64,000 nt of DNA from an uncultured Solobacterium sp. (GTDB lineage: Bacteria; Bacillota_I; Bacilli_A; Erysipelotrichales; Erysipelotrichaceae). This document shows positions 39,795 through 48,306 of this stretch, piece after piece. A program made the position numbers and the translations under genes. Positions within the stretch are counted from its first letter, which is position 1. The number at the start of each line of letters is the position of its first letter. Under the pieces are notes generated by a model that saw nothing but the letters and a program-made list of their open reading frames with translations, had not been told where the DNA came from and searched no databases. The stretch is from positions 4,944-68,943 of the forward strand of contig CAJOLG010000001.1 in assembly GCA_905235315.1 (NCBI GenBank). The letters run 5' to 3'.

Positions 39795-39896
39795 GGATCA
39801 CGTACGCAGCCGCAGCCCGCGGCTGCGTTTTTATGTTTCGACGCAAAAGAAAACGAAGCCTCCGCTCCGCTTCCCGCAAATGCCTCTCCGTTTGGA

Positions 39897-40058
39897 TCAG
39901 GCTTCTTTCTTTTTTCCGTAAAACCGCCAGATGAGAACAGCCGCAACAGCCACGACCGCAAGAATCAGAATCGGTGTGATTCCGCTCCCGGTGCGCTCCG
40001 CAACCGGCTCCGCGGGGATATCCGCCAGAATCCGGCCTAATGTGACAACAGTGTCCAT
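39897..40058 (-). CDS. 53-aa single-TM microprotein
   Basis: GGGAGG SD 6 nt before ATG; MDTVVTLGRILADIPAEPVAERTGSG + TM + RFYGKKKEA; overlaps the upstream stop. Confidence 0.65.
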   Translation of the reverse strand: MDTVVTLGRILADIPAEPVAERTGSGITPILILAVVAVAAVLIWRFYGKKKEA

Positions 40059-40387
40059 ACCACGCCTCCCGTTATACTTACAAGATTCATTATAAACGAC
40101 ATGCAGTACGGATGCGATACCTTCAGCCCGAACTGATAAATCCATCCTTCCGCCAGGATCACCAGCGGCTCCAGTACGGCATAGATGGCAATCCGCATCC
40201 ATTCCCTTCCGGCCAGGACATAGACCCCGCCGGCCAGCAGATGCAGAAGCGGATTGGTCAGCACATTGACCAGCACCACCAGCAGAAGCTCTTTCTTCCC
40301 GCGCAGCCCCAGCAGGAACCCGGTCAGAACTTCCAGAAGAACGGTCGCCCCAAGCGGCACCAGAAACGAAAGATCAGCGTTCATCAT
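40037..40387 (-). CDS. 116-aa 4-TM hypothetical membrane protein
   Basis: Polar residues inside TMs (LLEV, VNVLTNP, LEPLVILAEG, MNLVS); overlaps both neighbours. Confidence 0.7.
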   Translation of the reverse strand: MMNADLSFLVPLGATVLLEVLTGFLLGLRGKKELLLVVLVNVLTNPLLHLLAGGVYVLAGREWMRIAIYAVLEPLVILAEGWIYQFGLKVSHPYCMSFIMNLVSITGGVVWTLLSH

Positions 40388-41414
40388 TTCCCGCCGCATA
40401 ATACAGCAGCCCGGCAGAGAGAAGACTGCCGGCTGTTCCGATATACGGAATTTCCAGGCCGCCGGCATAGATCATCACAAAGCCGAGGTAGAGCGCAAAC
40501 GTCAGAAGGCCGAATGCCAGACCGGGCATCCCGGGCATGCGGCGTGACAGTATGTAAAGCGTCAGAGGCATGGTCATATTGAACAGAAACAGGGCAGCGC
40601 ATCCGGCGGCCGGAATCTCTTTGAATCCATAACACACCGCTGCCGCAAGCAGTGAAATCACTGCGGTTTTCCGGATTCCGCACGCAGCAGCGAGAAACCC
40701 GCCGGCGCTTTTCCCTGCGGCCAGAAGCAGCACTGCGAGAAACGAACGCGCAAATCCTGTCCGCCAGGAAAACGTCACCGCGGTGCCGACCGCCGAACGG
40801 ATGATCACGACCGCAAAACAGGCAAGAATAACACCGAGGTCATGCGGTTTTGTAAAGCAGAGTTCCGGCATGGATGCCGGTTCCCGCTGTTCATTTTTTA
40901 CCCTGCGGTACAGCAGGCCCCAAAGGCCCGCAAGAATCAGAAGCGATACGCCCAGCACAGCTGTCCGGGAAGCTCCGCTGATTTCTCCCCCGAGAAACAG
41001 GCCGACCGCTCCGGGAGCGACAAATACTCCGAGCCCGCGGCCGCGCATCTCTGCCCGGTCGTCTTCCTGGATGGAAAGGACACCGCCCCCGGTGTGAAAC
41101 AGCGCGTTTCCAACGCCGAGCACCACCGGGTTTGTGACGGTGCCAAGCAGGGTCACAATCAGGCCTGCGGTGACGAACCAAACGGCAGGGAGGTCTTTCG
41201 CCCGGCCGCCGCTGCCGGTGATCCGGTCCAGCAGGATGCCGAGCGGCAGCTGAACCGCAAAGGCAAAGAAGCTGTACCCGAGATAGACCTGATACGGATC
41301 ATAGCGGTACCGGAACGTTCCGAATACCGCATAGGCACAGAGAAAATCGATCATGAAATGCATGACCGATACGATGCCGATTCGGATGGTTCCACTGCCG
41401 GATTCCATTGTCAT
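40374..41414 (-). CDS. MFS-like membrane transporter
   Basis: About 11-12 TM; HFMID, QLPLGILLDR, GNALFHTGG and LFNMTMPLT motifs. Confidence 0.65.
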   Translation of the reverse strand: MTMESGSGTIRIGIVSVMHFMIDFLCAYAVFGTFRYRYDPYQVYLGYSFFAFAVQLPLGILLDRITGSGGRAKDLPAVWFVTAGLIVTLLGTVTNPVVLGVGNALFHTGGGVLSIQEDDRAEMRGRGLGVFVAPGAVGLFLGGEISGASRTAVLGVSLLILAGLWGLLYRRVKNEQREPASMPELCFTKPHDLGVILACFAVVIIRSAVGTAVTFSWRTGFARSFLAVLLLAAGKSAGGFLAAACGIRKTAVISLLAAAVCYGFKEIPAAGCAALFLFNMTMPLTLYILSRRMPGMPGLAFGLLTFALYLGFVMIYAGGLEIPYIGTAGSLLSAGLLYYAAGNDER

Positions 41415-41830
41415 AACGAACGGTTATCGAGCGAAGTATATCCTTTGCCGACCAGGCATTCCTGTACTTCCGCGCTTTCCTGCACATGCAGAATCGCGAC
41501 CGGATTCCTGACGTTGCGGATATAGCATACATAGAGATAATCAATATTTACGAAGCTGTCTGACACATCCTTCAGCAGCCGGCTCAGACTGCCGACTTCT
41601 TCGGAAATGGCAATGCCGAGCACATTGTCGATCTTGCAGAGATATCCTTCCTCTTTCAGAATCCCATATGCCTTTTCGGGATCCGAACACAGCATCCGGA
41701 TGATGCCGAATTCCGGGCTGTCATTACTGACGACATTGTAAAAATCCACCCCTGCTTCCGAGATGTTGCGGATGATTTTGTTCATGGATCCCTTTTTGTT
41801 TTCTGCAATTACCGATACCTGTTGTAACAT
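41411..41830 (-). CDS. Tandem ACT-domain protein
   Basis: QVSVIAENKKG, FGIIRM and LSRLL..VNIDYLY motifs. Confidence 0.85.
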   Translation of the reverse strand: MLQQVSVIAENKKGSMNKIIRNISEAGVDFYNVVSNDSPEFGIIRMLCSDPEKAYGILKEEGYLCKIDNVLGIAISEEVGSLSRLLKDVSDSFVNIDYLYVCYIRNVRNPVAILHVQESAEVQECLVGKGYTSLDNRSL

Positions 41831-41874
41831 TCCGATTCTTCCCCCTTTATTCATCTGATCCGAACGGATCTTCG

Positions 41875-42321
41875 TTATGCGCCGCGTCCGGAAAGAACAT
41901 CCGCAAGCTGCTCTGCCGCTTCGGGATCTGTGCCGTGCCGGTTTACCCCAAGCAGCACCCCATCCCGGAACGGAACCCCGCAGCTGCCGTCTTCCCGCTG
42001 CTGAAGCACGCCCGCTTCCAGAAGCAACGAAGAGCTTTCTTCCGGATAAGCAAACACATCCGCGGCCGAAGATGGATCCGTCAGCACCGTATCACAGACG
42101 GTATCCAGGGATTCCGCCATCACAATGATCCGGTACTCCGTCTCCGTATTCTCTGCACAGAATACCGCCGCCCGTTCTTCAAATCCTGCAGTATCATCCG
42201 GTTCGCACCAGACGAGCAGTTCGACGGGAGCGGATTCCTCCGGGTCTGCGGCAGGCGCTTCCGGTTTCCCGCAGGCCGCCAGTAAAACCGCTGTCATAAG
42301 AATACACAATGGTTGTTTCAT
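41875..42321 (-). CDS. Short lipoprotein resembling an internally deleted sugar solute-binding protein
   Basis: Lipobox LAAC; ELLVW, VLTDPSSAADVFAY and LLGVN..AAEQLADVL motifs; only about 148 aa. Confidence 0.6.
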   Translation of the reverse strand: MKQPLCILMTAVLLAACGKPEAPAADPEESAPVELLVWCEPDDTAGFEERAAVFCAENTETEYRIIVMAESLDTVCDTVLTDPSSAADVFAYPEESSSLLLEAGVLQQREDGSCGVPFRDGVLLGVNRHGTDPEAAEQLADVLSGRGA

Positions 42322-42484
42322 AACCATTCTATTCTAGACGATTTGCCGCTTTATGCGCGACAAAACACGTTCCCGGGCAGAAGAATTGCCCTTTGAAGCC
42401 GGAAAAAAGGCATCTGCCCGTTCGAAAACGAAACGGCGGATGCCTGTATAACCCGGTTCGACAAGACCGGGATCCACTCGCTGA

Positions 42485-44833
42485 TCAAAGCCCGGCTGCC
42501 GCACCGATCACATGCATCAGAAACGCCGCGATCCAGGCAATCCCGCACTGGAAGAGCATTACGCCGGCTGCCCACCTGCCGCCGAGTTCACGCCGGATCG
42601 AGGCAATTGCGGCCACGCACGGGGTATACAGAAGACTGAACACGAGCAGGCATGCGGCACTGAGGGAAGTCAGCGCAGCGGTAACCCCGCCTTCCGTTTC
42701 GAACAGGACCTTCATTACGGATACCACGCTCTCCTTTGCCATAAAACCGGACACAAGCGAGGTAACGATCCGCCAGTCGCCCAGCCCGATCGGCCGGAAC
42801 AGCGGCACAAGCAGCCCGGAAAAAACCGCCAGAATACTTGTGCTGGAATCACTCACGAGATGCAGATGAAGATCAAAGCTCTTGAGGAACCAGACCACGA
42901 TCGTCGCAATGAGAATCACGGAGAAGGCGCGCTGCAGGAAGTCTTTTGCCTTTTCCCACATAAGCAGAATGACATTGCGCGGGCTCGGCATCCGGTAATT
43001 CGGAAGTTCCATGACAAACGGAACTGCCTCACCGCGGAAGATCGTTTTCTTGAACAGGAACGCCGTCAGCACCCCGAACAGAATGCCGAGGAGATACAGT
43101 GCGGTCATAATCAGACCGCCGTGCTTCGGAAAGAAGGCATCCACAAAAAACGCGTAGATGGGAAGCTTTGCGGTACAGCTCATAAACGGTGTCAGTAAAA
43201 TCGTCATTTTCCGGTCCCGTTCGCTGGGCAGGGTCCGGGTAGACATGACTGCCGGAACCGTGCATCCAAATCCAATCAGCAACGGTACGATACTTCGGCC
43301 GGAAAGTCCGATCCGCCGGAGCAGCTTATCCATGACAAACGCAACCCTTGCAATATATCCGCTGTCTTCCAGCAGCGACAGGAAGAAGAACATCACAACG
43401 ATAATCGGAAGAAAACTGAGTACACTTCCGACCCCTTCAAAGATGCCGTCGATCACAAGACTGCGCAGCACTTCATTGACGCCGCCCGCAATCATCAGCT
43501 CTTCCGTCAGTTCCGCAAGGGAGCCGATCAGACCCTCCAGCAGATCCTGAAGACAGGCGCCGATGACATTGAAGGTCAGGAAAAAGACGCTGCCCATGAT
43601 GGCAATAAACACCGGAATCGCAGTGTACTTTCCGGTCAGAACCGCGTCAATCCTCCGGCTGCGCGCATGTTCTGCGCTTTCCTTCGGCCGGATCACGCAC
43701 GCATCACATACCTTGTGAATAAACGCAAAACGCATATCCGCAATCGCAGCACTGCGGTCCAGCCCGCGCTCTGTTTCCATCTGCAGCACGATATGCTCGA
43801 CCATCTCGATCTCATTCTGATCCAGTGCCAGCCGGTCACGGATCCGCTCGTCTCCTTCAATCAGCTTGTCTGCCGCAAACCGTACCGGCAGATCTGCCCT
43901 TGCGGCATGGTCTTCGATCAGATGGATGACCGCATGGAGACAGCGGTGCACAGCACCTCCGTGATCATTCTTGTCGCAGAAGTCCTGATGAAGCGGTCTT
44001 TCCTGATACCATGCGACATGAACCGCATGGCGGACCAGTTCATCCACCCCCTCATTTTTTGCGGCGGAGATCGGAATCACCGGAACTCCCAGCATCGCTT
44101 CCATCGCGTTGATATCAACCGAACCGCCGTTGGCATTGATCTCATCCATCATGTTCAGCGCAACTACCATCGGAACATTCATCTCCAGCAGCTGCATCGT
44201 CAGATAGAGATTTCGCTCAATATTGGTCGTATCAACGATATTGATAATGCCGTTGGGCTTTTCGTTCAGCACAAAATCACGGGAAACCAGTTCCTCGCTG
44301 GAGTACGGCGACATGGAATAAATTCCCGGAAGATCGGTAATCCGGGTGTTCGGATATCCGCGGATCACACCGTCCTTGCGGTCGACCGTGACGCCCGGAA
44401 AATTACCGACATGCTGGGAGGAACCGGTAAGCTGGTTGAACAGTGTGGTTTTTCCGCTGTTCTGATTTCCGACCAGCGCAAATGTAATCGTGCTTCCCTC
44501 CGGCAGGGGGTTCTCGGTTTCCTTGACATGATATTTGCCCGCTTCCCCAAGGCCGGGATGTTCCGACTTATGGCGGGCCGGTTTGGCGGAAGCCGCGGTT
44601 TCGGATACGGGAACCGGTTCGATCCGAATCTTTTCCGCATCCGCAAGCCGCAGGGTCAGTTCATATCCATGCAGCTGCAGCTCCATCGGATCGCCGAGCG
44701 GCGCATATTTGATCACCGTTACTTCTTCCCCGGGAATCATTCCCATATCCAGAAAATGCTGGCGGAGCGCTCCTTCTCCACCCACTTCCAGAATCTTCGC
44801 ATGTTCCCCCGGTTTCAGTTCCCGTAAATTCAT
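42485..44833 (-). CDS. feoB: Fused FeoA-FeoB ferrous iron transporter
   Basis: N-terminal FeoA (LRQHFLDMG, APLGDP); GNQNSGKTT, GNFPGVTV and DLPG motifs; gate domains. Confidence 0.95.
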   Translation of the reverse strand: MNLRELKPGEHAKILEVGGEGALRQHFLDMGMIPGEEVTVIKYAPLGDPMELQLHGYELTLRLADAEKIRIEPVPVSETAASAKPARHKSEHPGLGEAGKYHVKETENPLPEGSTITFALVGNQNSGKTTLFNQLTGSSQHVGNFPGVTVDRKDGVIRGYPNTRITDLPGIYSMSPYSSEELVSRDFVLNEKPNGIINIVDTTNIERNLYLTMQLLEMNVPMVVALNMMDEINANGGSVDINAMEAMLGVPVIPISAAKNEGVDELVRHAVHVAWYQERPLHQDFCDKNDHGGAVHRCLHAVIHLIEDHAARADLPVRFAADKLIEGDERIRDRLALDQNEIEMVEHIVLQMETERGLDRSAAIADMRFAFIHKVCDACVIRPKESAEHARSRRIDAVLTGKYTAIPVFIAIMGSVFFLTFNVIGACLQDLLEGLIGSLAELTEELMIAGGVNEVLRSLVIDGIFEGVGSVLSFLPIIVVMFFFLSLLEDSGYIARVAFVMDKLLRRIGLSGRSIVPLLIGFGCTVPAVMSTRTLPSERDRKMTILLTPFMSCTAKLPIYAFFVDAFFPKHGGLIMTALYLLGILFGVLTAFLFKKTIFRGEAVPFVMELPNYRMPSPRNVILLMWEKAKDFLQRAFSVILIATIVVWFLKSFDLHLHLVSDSSTSILAVFSGLLVPLFRPIGLGDWRIVTSLVSGFMAKESVVSVMKVLFETEGGVTAALTSLSAACLLVFSLLYTPCVAAIASIRRELGGRWAAGVMLFQCGIAWIAAFLMHVIGAAAGL

Positions 44834-45002
44834 GGCTTCTCCTCTCAACTGCCGAATTCATTATAATTTGAAAAGTTAGTTTTTATTGTACATATCAGAT
44901 ATCTTCCTTGTGAAGCCGGGTGTTGCGGTGCACGGGTTCCAAACGTATCGTTTTAGATAGATATACAATTACTGTTATATAAACAGGAACAGAAAGGCTG
45001 AC

Positions 45003-45518
45003 ATGGAGTATCTTACCCGTTATTCCTCCCCGATCGGGGAACTTACCCTCGTCTCTGACGGGCATGCGCTGACCGGTCTCCGGTTTGAATCCGGAGCGCA
45101 GGCGTTCCGCCCGCAGACAGAATATGAGGAGAATCCCGGACTTCCGGTATTTGACGCATCCGCGCGCTGGCTGGACCGGTATTTCAGCGGGCAGATTCCG
45201 GGGGTCACTCCCCCGCTTTCCTTCCCGGACAGCACCCCCTTCCGCAGGCTCATCCAGGAGCTTCTGCAGGAGATCCCCTATGGCAGCACCGTGTCCTACG
45301 GGGAGCTGGCCCAACGCGCTGCGAGGCGCATGGGCACTCCGCGCATGTCTGCCCAGGCTGTCGGAAGTGCCTGTGCCCGGAATCCGATTCCGATCTTCGT
45401 TCCCTGTCACCGCGTCATCGGGGCAGACGGTTCTCTGACCGGATACGCCGGCGGTCTGGCGAAGAAACAGTTTCTTCTCGAGCTGGAATCCCGCGCTGCA
45501 GTTTCTTTGCACGAATGA
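45003..45518 (+). CDS. ogt: Methylated-DNA-protein-cysteine methyltransferase
   Basis: IPYGSTVSYG and NPIPIFVPCHRV motifs. Confidence 0.93.
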   Translation: MEYLTRYSSPIGELTLVSDGHALTGLRFESGAQAFRPQTEYEENPGLPVFDASARWLDRYFSGQIPGVTPPLSFPDSTPFRRLIQELLQEIPYGSTVSYGELAQRAARRMGTPRMSAQAVGSACARNPIPIFVPCHRVIGADGSLTGYAGGLAKKQFLLELESRAAVSLHE

Positions 45519-45581
45519 AAAACGGGCAGGCATTCCCGGCCGGGGATGCTTACCCGTTTGTTTTATATTGTTCTTTTTGGT

Positions 45582-47426
45582 TCAGAGATTGGCAGCACCG
45601 ATCATGCCGGCTTCATCCCCGAGCTCGGCGACTCCGATTTCCGGAATCATGCCGAATCTTCCGCCGAAGCAGTCATCCTGCATCATCTTGCGGATTTCCG
45701 GGATCAGCGCATCCGCATATTCGGACATCGCACCGCCCAGCAGAACGAGCTGCGGACGGAAGAGATTGACGATATTGACGATGCCGGTTCCCAGCATTTC
45801 CGTATACTGTTCCACGACTTCCGTGATTTCGATGTCCTTGAGATCTGCGAAGACTTCGGAGAGGGTCAGTTCACGGTTCTTGCGCTGAGCAGCAGCGGTC
45901 AGAAGAGCCGGGACGGAAGAATACGCTTCCAGGCATCCCTTTCTGCCGCAGGTGCACTGCCGGCCGTTGGCACGGATTACCATATGGCCGACTTCACTGC
46001 CGCCCATGATGCCGCCGTCAAATACTTCCCCGTTGAGAATGATCCCGCCGCCGACACCGTTTCCAAGCGTCAGCAGCACCACATCACGGTAGTCTTTTCC
46101 GGCACCCGCAACCTCTTCGCCAAGGGCTGCACAGTCCGCATCATTCGCGATCCGCACCGGGCACGGAATCGTCTTGCCCATTTCCTCCTGCAGGTTGACT
46201 TCCTCCCAGCGGATATTGTTGGAGTAAACGACTTTGCCGGTCCGGCGGTCCACCGTTCCGGGAACACCGACCCCGACGCCGACGCACCGGTCAAGCGGAA
46301 TGTTGTTTTCCTTCAGTAATGCAAGTGTTTCATCCGCGGTTTCCTGAATGATTTCAGACGGTGTTTTCTTTGTGTCTGTCGCGAATTCCTTCTTGGCAAA
46401 AATACGGTTGTTCTCATCCACAAGGCCCATCTGAATACTGCCGGAGCCGATCACAACACCGGCCCGGATCGGGCTTGCCTTTTCACGGATCGTTGTAAGG
46501 AGGGCATCACACCATCCTTCAATGACAAAGTCCCCGCTTTCTGCCGGCAGGAAGATACTGTCTCCCTTGCGGAAGGATGTCTTTTCCCCTTTATTGGAGA
46601 TCGTTCCCTCACCGTCGAGGATCAGAATCGACAGGAAAGACTCTTTCCCGACCGTTCCCTGGGTGCGGTACAGCATCTTGCCGTCCATATCCAGTTTGTC
46701 GACCGTAAAGTAGTCGCAGTCCGCGACATGCGGATAGCTGGCGCCGCTTTCCGTGATGGGAACCCGGTTGGTGACGGCGAGCGCTTTTTCAATGTGCAGG
46801 TCACGCTGCTTGCCGTCTTTCCCGACGCGTCCGTAGTCATACACACGGTATGTGACATTGGAGTTCTGCTGAATCTCCGCAATCAGAATTCCCTTTCCGA
46901 TCGCATGCAGCGTTCCGGATTCAATGAACAGGGCGTCTCCCTTGTGCACTTCCACCGCATTGAGCACTTCAAGCAGTGTGTTTTCCTTAATGCGCTGCGC
47001 AAACTCTTCTTTGGAGATTTCCTTCTTGAAGCCGTAGTACAGGAATGCGCCGGGTTCTGCGTCCAGCACATACCACATTTCAGTCTTGCCGTACTGGCCT
47101 TCGTTCTGAAGCGCAAAAACGTTTGATGGATGGACCTGGATGCTCAGGTTGTCTCTGGCGTCAATAAATTTGGTAAGAATCGGAAACTCGCGGAACCGGC
47201 GGCAGTTGGTGCCGAGCACTTCCATGCCGTTGGCATCGAGATACTCCTGCAGCGTTTTCCCTTTATATTCTCCTTCCGCGATAATACTCGGTCCGTCCGG
47301 ATGGCAGGAAAGTTCCCACGCTTCCGCAAGAATGTCCCCGTCGTAGTCGATGTTGAATTCATTCTTCAGTCTCTGGCCGCCCCACAGGTAGTCCTTACAG
47401 GCAGGCAATAGCTTCAAAACTGTCAT
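45582..47426 (-). CDS. Fusion of type I phosphomannose isomerase and ROK-family domain
   Basis: PMI motifs LSIQVHP, KTEMWY and GTLHAIG; ROK motifs ANDADCAALGE, EVGH and CTCGRKGCLE. Confidence 0.85.
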   Translation of the reverse strand: MTVLKLLPACKDYLWGGQRLKNEFNIDYDGDILAEAWELSCHPDGPSIIAEGEYKGKTLQEYLDANGMEVLGTNCRRFREFPILTKFIDARDNLSIQVHPSNVFALQNEGQYGKTEMWYVLDAEPGAFLYYGFKKEISKEEFAQRIKENTLLEVLNAVEVHKGDALFIESGTLHAIGKGILIAEIQQNSNVTYRVYDYGRVGKDGKQRDLHIEKALAVTNRVPITESGASYPHVADCDYFTVDKLDMDGKMLYRTQGTVGKESFLSILILDGEGTISNKGEKTSFRKGDSIFLPAESGDFVIEGWCDALLTTIREKASPIRAGVVIGSGSIQMGLVDENNRIFAKKEFATDTKKTPSEIIQETADETLALLKENNIPLDRCVGVGVGVPGTVDRRTGKVVYSNNIRWEEVNLQEEMGKTIPCPVRIANDADCAALGEEVAGAGKDYRDVVLLTLGNGVGGGIILNGEVFDGGIMGGSEVGHMVIRANGRQCTCGRKGCLEAYSSVPALLTAAAQRKNRELTLSEVFADLKDIEITEVVEQYTEMLGTGIVNIVNLFRPQLVLLGGAMSEYADALIPEIRKMMQDDCFGGRFGMIPEIGVAELGDEAGMIGAANL

Positions 47427-47532
47427 ACTGTGAAATCCTCCGTCTGATTAAAAACTACAGTTCATTTCATTTATTGTAAAACAAAAGCGCGATTTTCTCT
47501 TCTCATTCCGCGCAATTGCATAAATATCCCTG

Positions 47533-48213
47533 TTATTCCTGCCCTGTCAGGTACTGGACAAACTGTACCGCCAATGTGCGGTGCTGGCCTCCGGCCGGAA
47601 ATCCTGCATAGATTTCCTCTTCCGCTTTCCCGTTGTAGTAAAAATAACGCTTCAGCAGTTCGGAATCACTGATATTCACGGCAATCGGGACCCCGTTCCG
47701 GTACTTGATCCGGCCCTCTCTCTCAAGTTTGGCAAGCAGGGTTTCGTCATACACCGTGCGCAGATCATCAAACCAGTCCTGTTCCGCATACCGATCGATC
47801 ACATCTTCTCCGGTAATAAACAGATCAATGGTTCCGGTCATCACCATGGAAAACAGACGCTGCTCATCCTCATACCCGTATTTGATAAAGTTGAGCTCAT
47901 TCTCATCGGACGAGATGAACGAAGAATAATCCAGGAAGATTTCCTCCCGGCGCGGATTGATCCGTTCTTCCGCAAACGGAGCTGTCAGCCCGTCCGTGGA
48001 TTCTTCCGTCAGATTGAAATTGACCAGGGATACATAGAGCGCTGCTTTCTTCTGCGAAAACACGGAATAAAAAAACGATCCGGCAATTCCTGCAGTCACA
48101 AGAACAATGATCAGCGGAAGAAGGTAATAATCTTTGAAATATTCCAGTTTTTTGGCGAACGGTGCGTGTTTGATGGCCTCTCGTTCTTCCTTGAATTCAT
48201 CCATGACAGGCAT
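47533..48213 (-). CDS. Membrane-anchored protein with partial solute-binding-like domain
   Basis: GAGGGG SD; KKLEYFKDYY + TM, then IDLFIT..IDRYAEQDWFDDL; typical sugar-ABC accessory pattern. Confidence 0.6.
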   Translation of the reverse strand: MPVMDEFKEEREAIKHAPFAKKLEYFKDYYLLPLIIVLVTAGIAGSFFYSVFSQKKAALYVSLVNFNLTEESTDGLTAPFAEERINPRREEIFLDYSSFISSDENELNFIKYGYEDEQRLFSMVMTGTIDLFITGEDVIDRYAEQDWFDDLRTVYDETLLAKLEREGRIKYRNGVPIAVNISDSELLKRYFYYNGKAEEEIYAGFPAGGQHRTLAVQFVQYLTGQE

Positions 48214-48306
48214 GATTTGTACCCCTCGTATTTTTCCCGGATCCGGAATCGGTCCCGGCATATGATAAAATGAACTATACAGCACTGTTATCGGAAAGGA
48301 GTGTGT

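Noticed and set aside
42351-42484. Possible FeoB-associated Cys-rich peptide after feoB
   Set aside because: No ORF with the TM + CxxCxxC pattern or SD
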